Source of the DNA: Barthelona sp. PCE
Lineage: Eukaryota
DNA length: 64,000 bases
Assembly (NCBI GenBank): GCA_040285745.1
Contig: JAUFOR010000008.1
Location: 1,860,001 to 1,924,000, forward strand
Direction: 5' to 3'
Shown: piece by piece, positions 10,935 to 22,156 of the stretch
Numbering within the stretch: position 1 is the stretch's first letter
Layout of the letters: every line of letters starts with the position of its first letter
Translations under genes and position numbers: made by a program
The notes under the pieces: model-generated
What the model saw: only the letters and a program-made list of their open reading frames with translations
What the model was told of the DNA's origin: nothing
The model's database searches: none

Positions 10935-11155
10935 ATCAAATTATATAAACACGCAACAATAAAACGTGCAAAAAAATAAAACAATAATGCAAAAACGCAA
11001 ATAAAGAGGAAAAAAAACCAAAAACATCCAACTTTTTACTTTATATCATTCGTTGGTGATATATGGGTTATTATTTAAGAGTAGAAAACAAGTTTAAATT
11101 TCAAGAAATTGACGAAGAGTAAACCTGACCTAACAAAATATGTTTATTCAAATGA

Positions 11156-12286
11156 TTATGCCTTCTTAGGCTTGAGGAATGGGAGAAGCTTGGTCAACGA
11201 ATCAACTACGGCCTTCTTTGCCTTAACAGTGAAAGACTCAAGCTTACTGAAACCGAGATCAAAATAGTTGGAAACAATGTTAACAATAGGTTTTGCCTGA
11301 TGGTAGAACTTCATGTAGAGACGGGGAACGATGAGAATGTAAACAAAAAGAATGAAAAGCAGAGTAGCATTAGTAAAAATGTTACCCAAAAACCAACAGC
11401 CAACAACTACACAAGCCCACTTAATTGAGTATTTGGACCAGAAGTAACCTGAAGTAATAATCTTAGTGCAGAAACTATTGACAACGAATTTAATATATTG
11501 AGCAATGGCATCAGCTTTTTCTTCTGTAATAACCTCAATTTGTTGAATATCTGATTTGGAAGTGTTGTTAAACTTGATAACATCGCTGACGAAGTAAGAA
11601 CGAACGCTGAGAATGATTGTAACAATGAATGCAATTGTCGCAATAAAGGTTAGCCATGTCATGCTAAAGAAATTAATGACTGTGTAACTCAGAGTAACGA
11701 GGATCAACACCAATACTGAGTAGATGGGGCGTTTCCACAGGGCAAGTTCGTAAACGGTAGGGAAATAATTATAAAGAAATGAGAAAATTTCCTTTGATTT
11801 GGGTTGAGGTAAGGCGGCACGTTCCTTCTTCTTTAATTGCTCCTCGATGACTTCGGGTTGCTCTGCGAGAACGGCTGGGATGTCAGTTGACTCATCAGCC
11901 TCAGTAACTTCAGGTACCTTGACCTCCTTAACCTCTTCCTCTACAGGCTCTGGGGTTGATTCAACAACAGGTTCAACAACAGGCTCTGGTGTGGGCTCGG
12001 TGACGGGTTCCTCCTCAGCGATAACAGGCTCCTCCTCAGTGACTACTGGTTTGGGTTCAGGAGAAACAGGTTCCTCAACAACAACTTCTTCCTCAACCTT
12101 CTCAGGTTCCTCAATCTCCTCTGTTTCCTCTTCCTCGACAATTTGTTCGGGTTCAGCTTCAACAACTGGGGTCTCAGTCTCTTCAACCTTGGATTCCTCT
12201 TCAGGGGTCATATTACCAAGACCGCTGTTTTCTTCAGCAACCATCTCATCCTTGGTGGGTAAAACAATCTTTTCCACTGTGCTCAT
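11156..12286 (-). CDS. Reticulon-family ER-shaping protein
   Basis: Acidic E/P/V-rich N-terminus. LALWKRPIYS is followed by two long hydrophobic hairpins and ..LGNIFTNATLLFILFVYILIVPRLY. Confidence 0.85.
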   Translation of the reverse strand: MSTVEKIVLPTKDEMVAEENSGLGNMTPEEESKVEETETPVVEAEPEQIVEEEETEEIEEPEKVEEEVVVEEPVSPEPKPVVTEEEPVIAEEEPVTEPTPEPVVEPVVESTPEPVEEEVKEVKVPEVTEADESTDIPAVLAEQPEVIEEQLKKKERAALPQPKSKEIFSFLYNYFPTVYELALWKRPIYSVLVLILVTLSYTVINFFSMTWLTFIATIAFIVTIILSVRSYFVSDVIKFNNTSKSDIQQIEVITEEKADAIAQYIKFVVNSFCTKIITSGYFWSKYSIKWACVVVGCWFLGNIFTNATLLFILFVYILIVPRLYMKFYHQAKPIVNIVSNYFDLGFSKLESFTVKAKKAVVDSLTKLLPFLKPKKA

Positions 12287-12806
12287 GCTTGAAAAGGGTG
12301 TAAAAAAAAATTAATGGTGCGAACTTTTTATCCTGTTGTATTCTAGTTTGCTCAAGTGAGTATTTGGTAACTGTTGTTATCATGGAGCTATAAATTTGCT
12401 CATAAGCTTAAGTAAGAATGCAACTGATCAAGCGCGCACTATTATTAGTTCTAGTTATTCTATAAGCCTACATGACATTATGTATTGATTTTAGCCCCAA
12501 TAATAGTAAGTAAAAGTACTCAAAAGGCCACACGGTGTACATACTAGCAAAAAAAGGTTGTGTGAGATTAATCAGCTTTTAAATGTATTTTTGTGGATGT
12601 AAGTAGACTCAAATCCAGCTAAAATTCCTTAAATATATAACATGTACATTTTGTAAAACAGGTACTCTTTTCTAACTTTGCAACAGTGCAATTATGTCCA
12701 AACAATCACATGACACTGTGGATGACAGACAGTAACACAACTATTTATTGCGAAATGGATTCCAATTCGATTTTTGTAACACGTTTTCCAATTTTTACTC
12801 TAAATA

Positions 12807-15800
12807 ATGCATAAATACACTGCATTCGTGTTGATTGCGCTACTGTCACTAACAGTATGCTCACAATCACTCACAGGATTTGTTCGTTTCAGCAATGATC
12901 TCGAACAAGCTGTTACCGATTTGGGAAAGCAAATTTCATATGAGAACTACCAGATTAGCATCATTTCGAGCACTACAAACGAAGAAATTGTATCCGTAAG
13001 CTGCTTAGAAGATGGGTTTTTCGCATTTACGGGTTTTTTTGAACCTGGCGTTTATGAAGTAATTCCAAAGAAGGACTCATATGGCTCTTTCTTCCCGAGA
13101 AAGTACGAATTTGTTGTCAACGATGACCACACCATTGTCGCACCTGCATTCATGTTCGAACTAAAGGGATACACTATTGCTGGTAGAGTATCATACCTCG
13201 ATCAACAATGCAACAAAGATTGTGATATGTCTGGTGTTGAAATTGTGATGCAACAAGGTACATATTTTGAGCAGACCACAACATCCCGCCCTGATGGTAT
13301 TTTCCTCTTTAGTGAAGTACTACCGGGCCACGTCACGTTTGACGTTGTTGATGCCGCCGGTAGGACCTTCTGGATGACGCACCTGCACACAAACATTCAG
13401 CCAACAGGTGATCAAATTCTAATGAGCCCCTTCATCATCACTGGTGTCGATGTCGATGGCACCATGATGCTCGATGACTATGCCCTGGCAAACGCTGAGA
13501 TTAAAATTGTTATGAGAAACTTTGAAGGCAGTATTATGGACAAAGTCCGTACAATCGAAGAGGCTCAGGGTGGTCACGATCATGAACACGATCATGAACA
13601 CGATCATGAACATGAAGATCACTCCCAAGAGGACTTTGATGGAACAATAACTGTTAAAACTGATAACAACGGAAAGTTTGCATTTCAAAATGTTCAATGT
13701 GGAACGTATGATGTAATTTCCTCTACAGGAAATGTCATTGATACGATTAGAGTTGATCTCAAACCCGTATCTATCGATATTGTTCTTGAATCTATCCCCT
13801 TCCCTTTTTTGATCAAAAACGTTGAGCATGAAATTGACGTGACTGTTGATGGTATTAAGGCTGAATCATTCACGCTCGACATGCTTAAGAAGGCTCATAT
13901 CTCCAGTAAGATGTCAGTTCTTCGCCCAATTACTTTTGTTGATGATGAAAAAAAGATCATCAACTGTGATCAAAAGGTTGAAGTCCTCTTCCACAAGATG
14001 TGTGTTGGTATTCCCGAGACAGACCCTTGTGAAATGAAAGTCACTGTTGGCACATTCGCAACGACCGTCAAAATCAATCAAAAATCAGAAATTTGTCTTG
14101 ACATCCCTGCAAAATATCTCAATGAAAAGGTTAGTGTTGACTTCACGGGTAAAAAGAGCTACGGTATCCCAAAAAGCTTCATATTTGAGTTTACAAAGAA
14201 TACCAACGTGTTAGAACTTGTTATTAATCCTCTGAACGTCAGAGTTAGAGGTGGTATGGACAGAGAGTACTGCTCTGAAGCCCCCACCGTCGCTTTCCAG
14301 AATACAAAAACCGGAAACGAGTTCACAGGTATTGCTTCGCGTGATGATGAGGGTGTTCCCTTCTACACAGGTGTAGTCCGTGAGATTGGCACATATAAAG
14401 TGACTGCATACTGTAATTGCTATTGCTATGATACCATTGAATTCGAAATCACTGAGGAGGAAACAGATATTGACATCCTTGATCTCTCTATGCTGAAAAT
14501 TAAGGCATATCATATCAACATCTTTGCAGCATTCCCTGTCACAGCCACTTTTCAAGGAAAAGAAAGTGGGTTAAAGTTCACAAAGGAGCTGGACTATGAG
14601 GAAAACTATATTTGTGTCGAAATCAACGATACGTGGATAGTTTCATTGGAAGATTTTGAAATCCTTCCTCTTGAAGTGTTTTCCTCCCCTGAAAGTCCTT
14701 ATATCATCTCAACCACACACGTTCGTGTCCAAGTACCAGTTATAGGTAGCATGTTAAACGCTGGAGATGCTATTTTCCATGCACAGTGCGATGATGATTC
14801 TTTGGAAACTCAATTCGTAATTCAATCTGTCCCCCATACCGAGACCATAACCCTTCCTTTGTATAAAAGCTGCCAGTTTGAAATGAGCCTATCGGGTCAC
14901 AAAACCACTGTGATATCTGACATGGAGGTCACAAACACGATCCGTTCATTATCACCGATCGAAGTCCACCCCATATGCGAGTTCACGATCAGGTCCGAGT
15001 TTGCTGGTATGGAGAACATGGAATGGAGCTTTAACTACGACGGTGAAAGTTTTGAAGTGCACAACAACAAACACTACACTTTTGATTACAGTGAGAGCGC
15101 AAGCAGTTGCATTCCCACGTTTGTGTCACCAGGATACGAGCTTGCAGCCACCCTTAAGGACGGTGAGCTCAAAATTGCAGTTCAGAAGCTGAATGGAATC
15201 ATAGTAAGTGTCCGCGACCGTATGAACCGACCAATTACTGATGACACTATCGTTGTCGAGCTCATTAACTCTCAGAGTAACAAGCACACTTCGCTCAAGG
15301 GTTGCGCCGACTGTGAATTCGTTGGATTGACTAAGGGTCAGTACTACGTTACAATTGGTAGTTATGCTCATGATATTTCTCCTTCTCTTCAGAAAGTAAG
15401 CCTGACCAAGGAGGAGGAAACTGTTCAGATCACAGTTAAGGCACAACAAACCCGATTCAACGTTAACGGCCGTGTTGAAAATCCCTCCAGCAAAGTTATG
15501 TTTGTAATTGCAAATAACACAGAAACTGGCGCAGTTTCTCGCGCTACCGTCAACAATGCTGGTGATTTCACACTGAAATATCTTGCTAGAGGTACATATG
15601 TAGTTCATGTTGAGCACCACGAGAGCCATGTTGTCCCTCGCAGCTTCACAATCATGGTCAATGATGATAACGTCAATGATATTGTCTTTACATTGATTGC
15701 AGCTCCTGAGAAGAAGGATACTTCATTCCTGTATGTTTACTACAATTTGGACGGTATTCTAAAGACTGATACTGAAGATATCCCCCATTACAAAATCACA

Positions 15801-16067
15801 AACATCATCTCCAAGCACTCTCTTGAGGATCACATTCACAACCCCACGAGCATGATCCAGCTGACTGAGGGTACTTACTCCTTCATTGTCACACAAGGTG
15901 GTGATACATTGATCGATGAAACTATCGTTGTTAAAGGTGACACATACAAGTACTATGAGCTTATCAGCGTTAAACGCAAGGCTGGTGATTTGATTCGCAT
16001 CGAATCTATCATATTAAGTACTATTGTTGTTTTAGTATTCTTTATTGTCCTAAAAAAGCTACTTTGA
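12807..16067 (+). CDS. NOMO (nodal modulator)-like type I membrane protein with prealbumin-like repeats
   Basis: Signal peptide, repeated beta-sandwich motifs (DGIFLFSEVLPG, GKFAFQNVQCGTY, GDFTLKYLARGTY), C-terminal TM and KKLL. Confidence 0.6.
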   Translation: MHKYTAFVLIALLSLTVCSQSLTGFVRFSNDLEQAVTDLGKQISYENYQISIISSTTNEEIVSVSCLEDGFFAFTGFFEPGVYEVIPKKDSYGSFFPRKYEFVVNDDHTIVAPAFMFELKGYTIAGRVSYLDQQCNKDCDMSGVEIVMQQGTYFEQTTTSRPDGIFLFSEVLPGHVTFDVVDAAGRTFWMTHLHTNIQPTGDQILMSPFIITGVDVDGTMMLDDYALANAEIKIVMRNFEGSIMDKVRTIEEAQGGHDHEHDHEHDHEHEDHSQEDFDGTITVKTDNNGKFAFQNVQCGTYDVISSTGNVIDTIRVDLKPVSIDIVLESIPFPFLIKNVEHEIDVTVDGIKAESFTLDMLKKAHISSKMSVLRPITFVDDEKKIINCDQKVEVLFHKMCVGIPETDPCEMKVTVGTFATTVKINQKSEICLDIPAKYLNEKVSVDFTGKKSYGIPKSFIFEFTKNTNVLELVINPLNVRVRGGMDREYCSEAPTVAFQNTKTGNEFTGIASRDDEGVPFYTGVVREIGTYKVTAYCNCYCYDTIEFEITEEETDIDILDLSMLKIKAYHINIFAAFPVTATFQGKESGLKFTKELDYEENYICVEINDTWIVSLEDFEILPLEVFSSPESPYIISTTHVRVQVPVIGSMLNAGDAIFHAQCDDDSLETQFVIQSVPHTETITLPLYKSCQFEMSLSGHKTTVISDMEVTNTIRSLSPIEVHPICEFTIRSEFAGMENMEWSFNYDGESFEVHNNKHYTFDYSESASSCIPTFVSPGYELAATLKDGELKIAVQKLNGIIVSVRDRMNRPITDDTIVVELINSQSNKHTSLKGCADCEFVGLTKGQYYVTIGSYAHDISPSLQKVSLTKEEETVQITVKAQQTRFNVNGRVENPSSKVMFVIANNTETGAVSRATVNNAGDFTLKYLARGTYVVHVEHHESHVVPRSFTIMVNDDNVNDIVFTLIAAPEKKDTSFLYVYYNLDGILKTDTEDIPHYKITNIISKHSLEDHIHNPTSMIQLTEGTYSFIVTQGGDTLIDETIVVKGDTYKYYELISVKRKAGDLIRIESIILSTIVVLVFFIVLKKLL
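13573..13623 (+). repeat. Coding 12-bp microrepeat (CACGATCATGAA x3) encoding His/acidic tract HDHEHDHEHDHEHEDH
   Basis: Direct tandem repeat seen in the sequence. Confidence 0.9.
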
Positions 16068-16193
16068 GTTAAATAAAATTTTAATAGTTCAAAATAACAT
16101 GTAATCTATGTGATAGCTTGTCTAATGATAGTATTATTCACTTCATCTGCAAGGTTAAAAATGATAACATCCAAAGAAAAAAAACTAACACAG

Positions 16194-16925
16194 CTAATCT
16201 TGATTAAAAAGAGTCGGAAACATCTTTATGGCTGCCTTAAAGGCTTCCAATCTCTTAACATGACCGCTACTTATCTTATACCACTGAATAGACTTGACCT
16301 CGCCACGTGTCAATGGTGATAAGTCCTGTGTTTCTTCGTCGTTAACATTGGGGATCACATAAAAGCGAGATAATGATGCTCCCTTAAAAGGAACAACGTC
16401 TACAAATAGAGTTGGTACGATTATGTCTGAGATATCAAAGCCAGTCTCCTCAAACACCTCTCTTACTGCTGTGACAAGTTTTGGCTCTGTGGGGCTACCG
16501 CTCTTTCCACCTGGAAGCGTGAGGTTATTCTTGGTCGATCGTATCAACAAGATCTTTGTGCCTGTCTCATGTACAATTACCGCGCCTGCACGTGGCACAC
16601 GGAGCCTGTTTGTCTTGTGATTGGTGTGCTTCTGGAAGAACTCTGCGCTGTTGAATCGCGCGAGGGGTGTTGATTCGTGAAATAATCGCACAAATTCGTC
16701 CTCTTTCCTAATCTGCGGCAATTTAGAGTTTTCTCGCTTGACAGAGAAGTCTAAGTACCACCAAAAGGCCTTTTGAACATGGTAAAAATACTGCTGAGGA
16801 TTATTCTCATATGTTTCGGCAGGAGATAAAGAAAAAACAAAGCGGAAATATAAATCCAGCATTGCACGCTGTAGTTTGTTTGGATTCTTTGGAATCCACC
16901 TGAAAATTGACTCGTTGTTGTTCAT
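16194..16925 (-). CDS. DCP2: mRNA decapping enzyme catalytic subunit (Box A + Nudix)
   Basis: LDLYFRFV..YHVQKAFWWYLDF (Box A), VPRAGAVI, Nudix box PGGK...REVFEETG, PLTRGEVKSIQW. Confidence 0.9.
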   Translation of the reverse strand: MNNNESIFRWIPKNPNKLQRAMLDLYFRFVFSLSPAETYENNPQQYFYHVQKAFWWYLDFSVKRENSKLPQIRKEDEFVRLFHESTPLARFNSAEFFQKHTNHKTNRLRVPRAGAVIVHETGTKILLIRSTKNNLTLPGGKSGSPTEPKLVTAVREVFEETGFDISDIIVPTLFVDVVPFKGASLSRFYVIPNVNDEETQDLSPLTRGEVKSIQWYKISSGHVKRLEAFKAAIKMFPTLFNQD

Positions 16926-17351
16926 TATTATCTAAAAATTTTTTGGATCAAAGCGATACAAAATATAATGAATACAAGTAATGAATAAGATAAATTGTGC
17001 AGATAATGTGTGAAGCTGCTGAATCAAGTCTAAAAACGCTTAAAAAACGTTTGAAATAGGTTGAAAAGGAAAATTCATAACTATGAATTCCTTTTACGGT
17101 AAAAAGTTTCTTTATTCGGCACACAAGTAATTGTTTGACCTTCTAAAGTTCTATAACTTTGGTGCAGATGTACATAAAGTGAGAAACGATTTTTTCACCC
17201 TTTCCACGTCATTTCAGTACGTTTTTCAACACTGGGCAACGTCATTTCTTACCTTTTGTAACACTGAGAAACTATAAATAACTCAAGAATTGCAAACAAC
17301 AACAATATTCATTTTCCAACATAATAACACACACAACACACATAAATAACA

Positions 17352-18056
17352 ATGGGACTACGCAATTACTTACCACGCAGAATCCATAGTGAGCGCTCAC
17401 AACCTGCACATCGCAGACAGCTGGGTGTACTTGAGAAGAAAACTGATTATAGGCAGAGAGCACGAAATTATAACAAAAATAAGAAGGAGATCTCCACACT
17501 TGCACAGAAAGCCATGCTAGCAAATCCTGAAGAGTTTAATTTTGAAATGCTTTCCGGGAAAATAACAAAACGCGGTTTTCATATCAGTAAGCAAGCAAAA
17601 GTATTCACTGCACAACAGATCCAAATGATGAAGGCGCAGGATCTGAAGTACCTTGAGCTTCGTCTTTCACAAGAAAGAGCTAAATACATCAAAATGCGTG
17701 ACAGAATACAATTTCTGAGCGACGTTTCAAGCAGTGAGATAGAGAGATCCATTAACAGGGATGAGGCTTTGCGCCGCTTTGAACAGGGAGAGTTTACATA
17801 TGACCCAGTCGAAGGAGAAGAAGATGATGATCTTTGGGGTTTCGACGAAGAAGAGAAAGAAGTTTCACAGCCATCTGTCCGCATCGGACGTATGGAACAA
17901 AAGCTCAAAAAGCAAAAGCTTAAGATGGAAGCACTTGAAGAAATGTGCGATGAACAGAGACAGCAGAACAAGTTAATCAAAGGCGGTCGCGTCAAGAAGG
18001 TTGAGGATGATGAGGGCAACGTGCAGTATATTCATCACAAGAAGCGCAAGCGATAA
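17352..18056 (+). CDS. UTP11: U3 snoRNA-associated protein 11
   Basis: HSERSQPAHRRQLGVLEKKTDYRQRA, NPEEFNFEM, KAQDLKY, C-terminal KKRKR. Confidence 0.95.
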   Translation: MGLRNYLPRRIHSERSQPAHRRQLGVLEKKTDYRQRARNYNKNKKEISTLAQKAMLANPEEFNFEMLSGKITKRGFHISKQAKVFTAQQIQMMKAQDLKYLELRLSQERAKYIKMRDRIQFLSDVSSSEIERSINRDEALRRFEQGEFTYDPVEGEEDDDLWGFDEEEKEVSQPSVRIGRMEQKLKKQKLKMEALEEMCDEQRQQNKLIKGGRVKKVEDDEGNVQYIHHKKRKR

Positions 18057-18207
18057 TGCACAAAAGCCAGGTTTTTTTCTTTTAGTATTTTCATAATAAA
18101 AAGTAATCACGCATGAACTGTTGTTGAGTTGTACATGTACACAATGCAATACCACTAATACCGCCCTTAAAAGATGTTTTTCATTTTCTAGCTCTAATAC
18201 CAAAAAT

Positions 18208-19455
18208 ATGTCGGGTTTTGACAGTATTCTCACACTTGGTGAAAGCGAACACCTCGTAGGGCAGATTAAATCATTCAAGGTTGAAAAAATTGGCTCCGAA
18301 CAGTGGGTTAAACAGCACCTACTCTGTAACAAGCTGAATTTACAACTGCACCAGAGCGCAATGACGCACTGCGATGAGTTTGTGAAGGACCACATTGTCG
18401 TAATGGACAAGGCCACGGATATCATCAAACAACTTATTGTAACCCATTTCTTCAGAAAGAATGTTATTATGCCATATTACGATGAGATAAATGGCATCAA
18501 CTCCAACTTTACGTACTTTCTCTTGTATCATGAGACGGTTCTTGTCAATATGCTCGAGGTACTTGTTTTTCACGATGATTTTATCGAATCAATCGATGAA
18601 AACATGGTGGATCTGCTTGAGGTTGTGTACTCGTCACTTGTATATCTCACTCAGGTGAAGGGAAAGAAGTATTACCTGAAGCAGGCAACCCCAATAGAGA
18701 ATCACTGTTTTAAAACAGGTATGTCAATGGTCACTATCATGCGTTTCCTTCTTAACAACACCAAGAAGTTCTCACGGTTCTTGAAGTACAATATTCCAGA
18801 CTTGATGTCCGAACTTCTCGAAAAACAACCATGGAAGATTGTCAATGAGAAGAAATTATTTGTATATGAGAATCACCAATGGACACAGTTGCAGCCAGGA
18901 GGTCCAGCGCTGAATAGCATTGAAGCTAATGTGTGGATTTCTCTCATATGTATTTTCTTAAGCCAGAATAACTTTGAATTGTTAAGTAATGTTAACATTG
19001 CTGCACTAGAGAGTCTTACTCGCTTTATATCTGAACCTAAGGTCGATATGTTGCCGATGTTAGGTGATCTTCGTAATATGTTTGGTGGTCTAAAGAGCTA
19101 CGAACAACAGATGAATAATAGTCGAAGTGCTTTTATGGTTGAGGAGATGCCTTCTTTTTTGCCTGTCGTAGAAGGGTGCAACTGGGATGAAGTTAAAATG
19201 AACCTGGCTACATTTTTGAACAGTCCAGAATTTTTACACGTGTTTCAGCTTTTATCCAAAGATTTTTCAGAGATTTTCACAGATGAGAATACTCAACCAG
19301 TACTCCAACAGCCAAAGTGCGCTGTTTGTAGTGAAGATGCACCTTATAGATGTCAAAAATGTAAGCAAATTTGGTATTGTGGTGTGGACTGTCAACGTTC
19401 AGATTGGAAACGACACAAGAAGGAATGTAGACGTCTCCGTATCCTTGCTGAGTGA
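18208..19455 (+). CDS. ZMYND10: Zinc finger MYND-domain protein 10 (axonemal dynein assembly factor)
   Basis: IGSEQWVKQH..LNLQ, YFLLYHETVLVNMLEVLVFH, C-terminal MYND CAVC..RCQKCKQIWYCGVDCQRSDWKRHKKEC. Confidence 0.92.
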   Translation: MSGFDSILTLGESEHLVGQIKSFKVEKIGSEQWVKQHLLCNKLNLQLHQSAMTHCDEFVKDHIVVMDKATDIIKQLIVTHFFRKNVIMPYYDEINGINSNFTYFLLYHETVLVNMLEVLVFHDDFIESIDENMVDLLEVVYSSLVYLTQVKGKKYYLKQATPIENHCFKTGMSMVTIMRFLLNNTKKFSRFLKYNIPDLMSELLEKQPWKIVNEKKLFVYENHQWTQLQPGGPALNSIEANVWISLICIFLSQNNFELLSNVNIAALESLTRFISEPKVDMLPMLGDLRNMFGGLKSYEQQMNNSRSAFMVEEMPSFLPVVEGCNWDEVKMNLATFLNSPEFLHVFQLLSKDFSEIFTDENTQPVLQQPKCAVCSEDAPYRCQKCKQIWYCGVDCQRSDWKRHKKECRRLRILAE

Positions 19456-19823
19456 TGTTTTGTATTTGAGTAAAACAATTTCTAACATGCTTCTAACCCA
19501 ACACTTTACATACAAATATGATACAAAATATCACAAAATTTAATGTCCAAAGAGATCCGGAATCGATTGATTCAGATGTTTTTTTAATATACATATTGCC
19601 TTTTTTGTCATCTGATGCCCAATTATGAATGAATTTTGCCAATTTTTTGTGGTGGTAGTTTTAATACAATTAAAAGATATGATCTACTCTAAATCCAGCA
19701 CTTATGTTGCATTATATGGCATGACAATGTATGCGTAGCATCATTTAAGAAGTTAAATATTGTTCCACAAATATTCTCCTATTCCTTCATTGGCAGTTTT
19801 TGTTTTGCAAAAAGTGAGCCAAT

Positions 19824-20411
19824 ATGTCACGAAAGCAAATTAAATCATCGCTGATTAATCAGTACTTGCACGAAAAGCTTACAAACAAAAAAGCTCCTGT
19901 TGTCAGTGATCCCAGTTCTATCAATAGCGTGCCTCGACTGAATGATGGGCTTCAACGGCTGCAAACCAAGTTCAGGTATCAATTGCAGGAACTAGTTGCG
20001 TTTTTTGAAACCGATCACGGTGAAGAAGGTAATGAAACACAATTAAACTTGTTAAACACGGCTGCCAATGGTGTTTTAGCAAAGATCAGACGATATGAGC
20101 AACGGCTGAAGGAGTTAGGATCGTTTGTTGATCAACTCAATATTGGTACGAGTGTTCCACATATTGATGGTGTATACTACTTTGGTAAGGCTGAAGGATT
20201 GCCACTGTGTGTTGAAGGTCTGGTAAGGCAAAGAGAAACTGAGAAAGATGAGACGAAAAAGAAAAATTTTTCACAACTTATTGATGCTTCATATTTTTTC
20301 CCTGTTATTCCCAACCCGATTTCAGTATCAAATGAGAATGATGATGACCAAGAAGTTTTCTCTCTTTCAGAACTTGAAACATCATTACTGAATTGTATAA
20401 AACAATGCTAG
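19824..20411 (+). CDS. ISY1: Pre-mRNA splicing factor Isy1 (NTC), divergent
   Basis: LNTAANGVLAKIRRYEQRLKELG (cf. LNDEINKLLREK.HWE.RIKELG) and YYFGKAEGLP (cf. YKYFGAAKDLP). Confidence 0.75.
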   Translation: MSRKQIKSSLINQYLHEKLTNKKAPVVSDPSSINSVPRLNDGLQRLQTKFRYQLQELVAFFETDHGEEGNETQLNLLNTAANGVLAKIRRYEQRLKELGSFVDQLNIGTSVPHIDGVYYFGKAEGLPLCVEGLVRQRETEKDETKKKNFSQLIDASYFFPVIPNPISVSNENDDDQEVFSLSELETSLLNCIKQC

Positions 20412-20693
20412 TTTTTTCTGACTGCCTGTCCGTTCTGTCTACTTGACTTTTCCGATTGTAGCACATGTTGGGAACCTATTAGAAGTCATTAAATAGTGAT
20501 AACAAAATCAATTACTGAATGATTCCAGTTTTTTTTAAAAATAAATGTGTGCTTTTATTTCACGTACGTTTTTACTTTTCATAAGAACGGTTGTACCGAT
20601 ACACACATGATTATAAGGTTGTATGTCTTAGGATCGCTTAAAAAATCGTTTTCGAATCATTCTCCCATCTCAGACCATTCTATATCAATAGGG

Positions 20694-22085
20694 ATGTTGA
20701 ACATCCTTCACACCACACCAACAACGCTAGGGCACCCGTGGTGGCAATCAAAACTGGCCAAAAAAACAAAAAACAGCCTTACATCACACAGAACAGTTGT
20801 ACTACGGAAATCGTCGCTTCCTGCTAGGCTAGTCGTACTTTTCTGCCTGTTGATACTGTTCCAAACCGCGGCGTCGGTCCCAACAAATTTTACATATTCA
20901 TCTGCCCGCAGCTTTATGCCTGTTTCAATGGTTATTGGCTCAAAGGTGCACGCTATCAGCTTCTACAAACGTGACATTGTTGATGTTATCAGTAACCAAA
21001 ACGTTATGGTTCTTTCAAATCACATTGCTGCTCCAAATGCTTTTCAAACAAATATTGCTGTCAACACTCCAGAATGCTATACTTATGTACGTGACACAGA
21101 AGGATTAGTTCATTTTAATGCATCTATGGTATTAAGACCTGCTCACATGAACTTTCCTTACCTTCCATCATATCATTATGATTATTGCTATAGAAATGAC
21201 TATAGGGTAGAGGAGCACTTCCACTTCATGCTAGCATCAAACGAAGGTGCTATTAGCCGTGCAGCACTCACACACTCTCATGATATCGAGTTTGACAATA
21301 ACAATACCCCTTATCCTTACGTAATATACCAACTGGGCCACCAGAGATACACATATAATTACAACGAAGAGGATCTGTATCGGTCATATTATTATAACAT
21401 TCTGAGTATCACAAAAAGAGCGTATCAGTGTTATGGCCTTCTATCATTCAGACCATCTGATTGGAAGCTTCGTAGAGTGTTTGCCCCAAAGACATACAGG
21501 ACTTGGACTGGCGCGTATGCAAATAGTATTGTGTTATCTACTTTTGTTACCGATACATACACCATTTTTATATGGGGCAGTAACTATTATCTATATGTAT
21601 ATCCTTGGTCACCCACATGCACAGGCAGGAATATGAAATATCACATTGATGATCCTGTCAACTATGTGTGCACAGAATATTTTCCTCTACCAGTTAGTTC
21701 TGGTCGCGTTTTTAAATCAACTGCGGCCGATTTCCTTACTGGAAATGAAACTCTTAAGGTTGACAACCTGGATATTCTTTACTGTTGGAAGACTCCTTCA
21801 GTTAGCGACGATATGTCATGTATGATATGGTATAGAGCTTTAACTGATGAACGCTGGCTTGGTGAAATTTTTACTCCAAAAGAGCATTCTTCCGATCTAA
21901 CGTGGGTTTCCACGACAACTTTTGGCATGAAATCTATTTATGATTCTGCCGAAAAAGCGTGGCATGTAGTTTTTGCTTATTCACAAGATAATCAAGTGAA
22001 AATACGTGTTATGCACAACGATTCTGATCTGAAGCATCTTGAATACGATCATTTAATAACAAGAACTGACTTCAGAGAATCGTAA
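20694..22085 (+). CDS. Hypothetical secreted/membrane-anchored Tyr-rich protein
   Basis: Long ORF with a hydrophobic segment (LVVLFCLLILFQTAAS). No recognised family. Start is uncertain. Confidence 0.6.
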   Translation: MLNILHTTPTTLGHPWWQSKLAKKTKNSLTSHRTVVLRKSSLPARLVVLFCLLILFQTAASVPTNFTYSSARSFMPVSMVIGSKVHAISFYKRDIVDVISNQNVMVLSNHIAAPNAFQTNIAVNTPECYTYVRDTEGLVHFNASMVLRPAHMNFPYLPSYHYDYCYRNDYRVEEHFHFMLASNEGAISRAALTHSHDIEFDNNNTPYPYVIYQLGHQRYTYNYNEEDLYRSYYYNILSITKRAYQCYGLLSFRPSDWKLRRVFAPKTYRTWTGAYANSIVLSTFVTDTYTIFIWGSNYYLYVYPWSPTCTGRNMKYHIDDPVNYVCTEYFPLPVSSGRVFKSTAADFLTGNETLKVDNLDILYCWKTPSVSDDMSCMIWYRALTDERWLGEIFTPKEHSSDLTWVSTTTFGMKSIYDSAEKAWHVVFAYSQDNQVKIRVMHNDSDLKHLEYDHLITRTDFRES

Positions 22086-22156
22086 TTGACTTTTTTTCCC
22101 TTCTTACTTTTTCTTTCCCCTTCATTTATCTTTTTGTTACGATTTTTTTGTGTAAA

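Noticed and set aside
19460-19800. Chain of short minus-strand frames linkable by +1 shifts at stops
   Set aside because: No start codon or homology, and segment lengths look random. It serves as a caution that such chains arise by chance.
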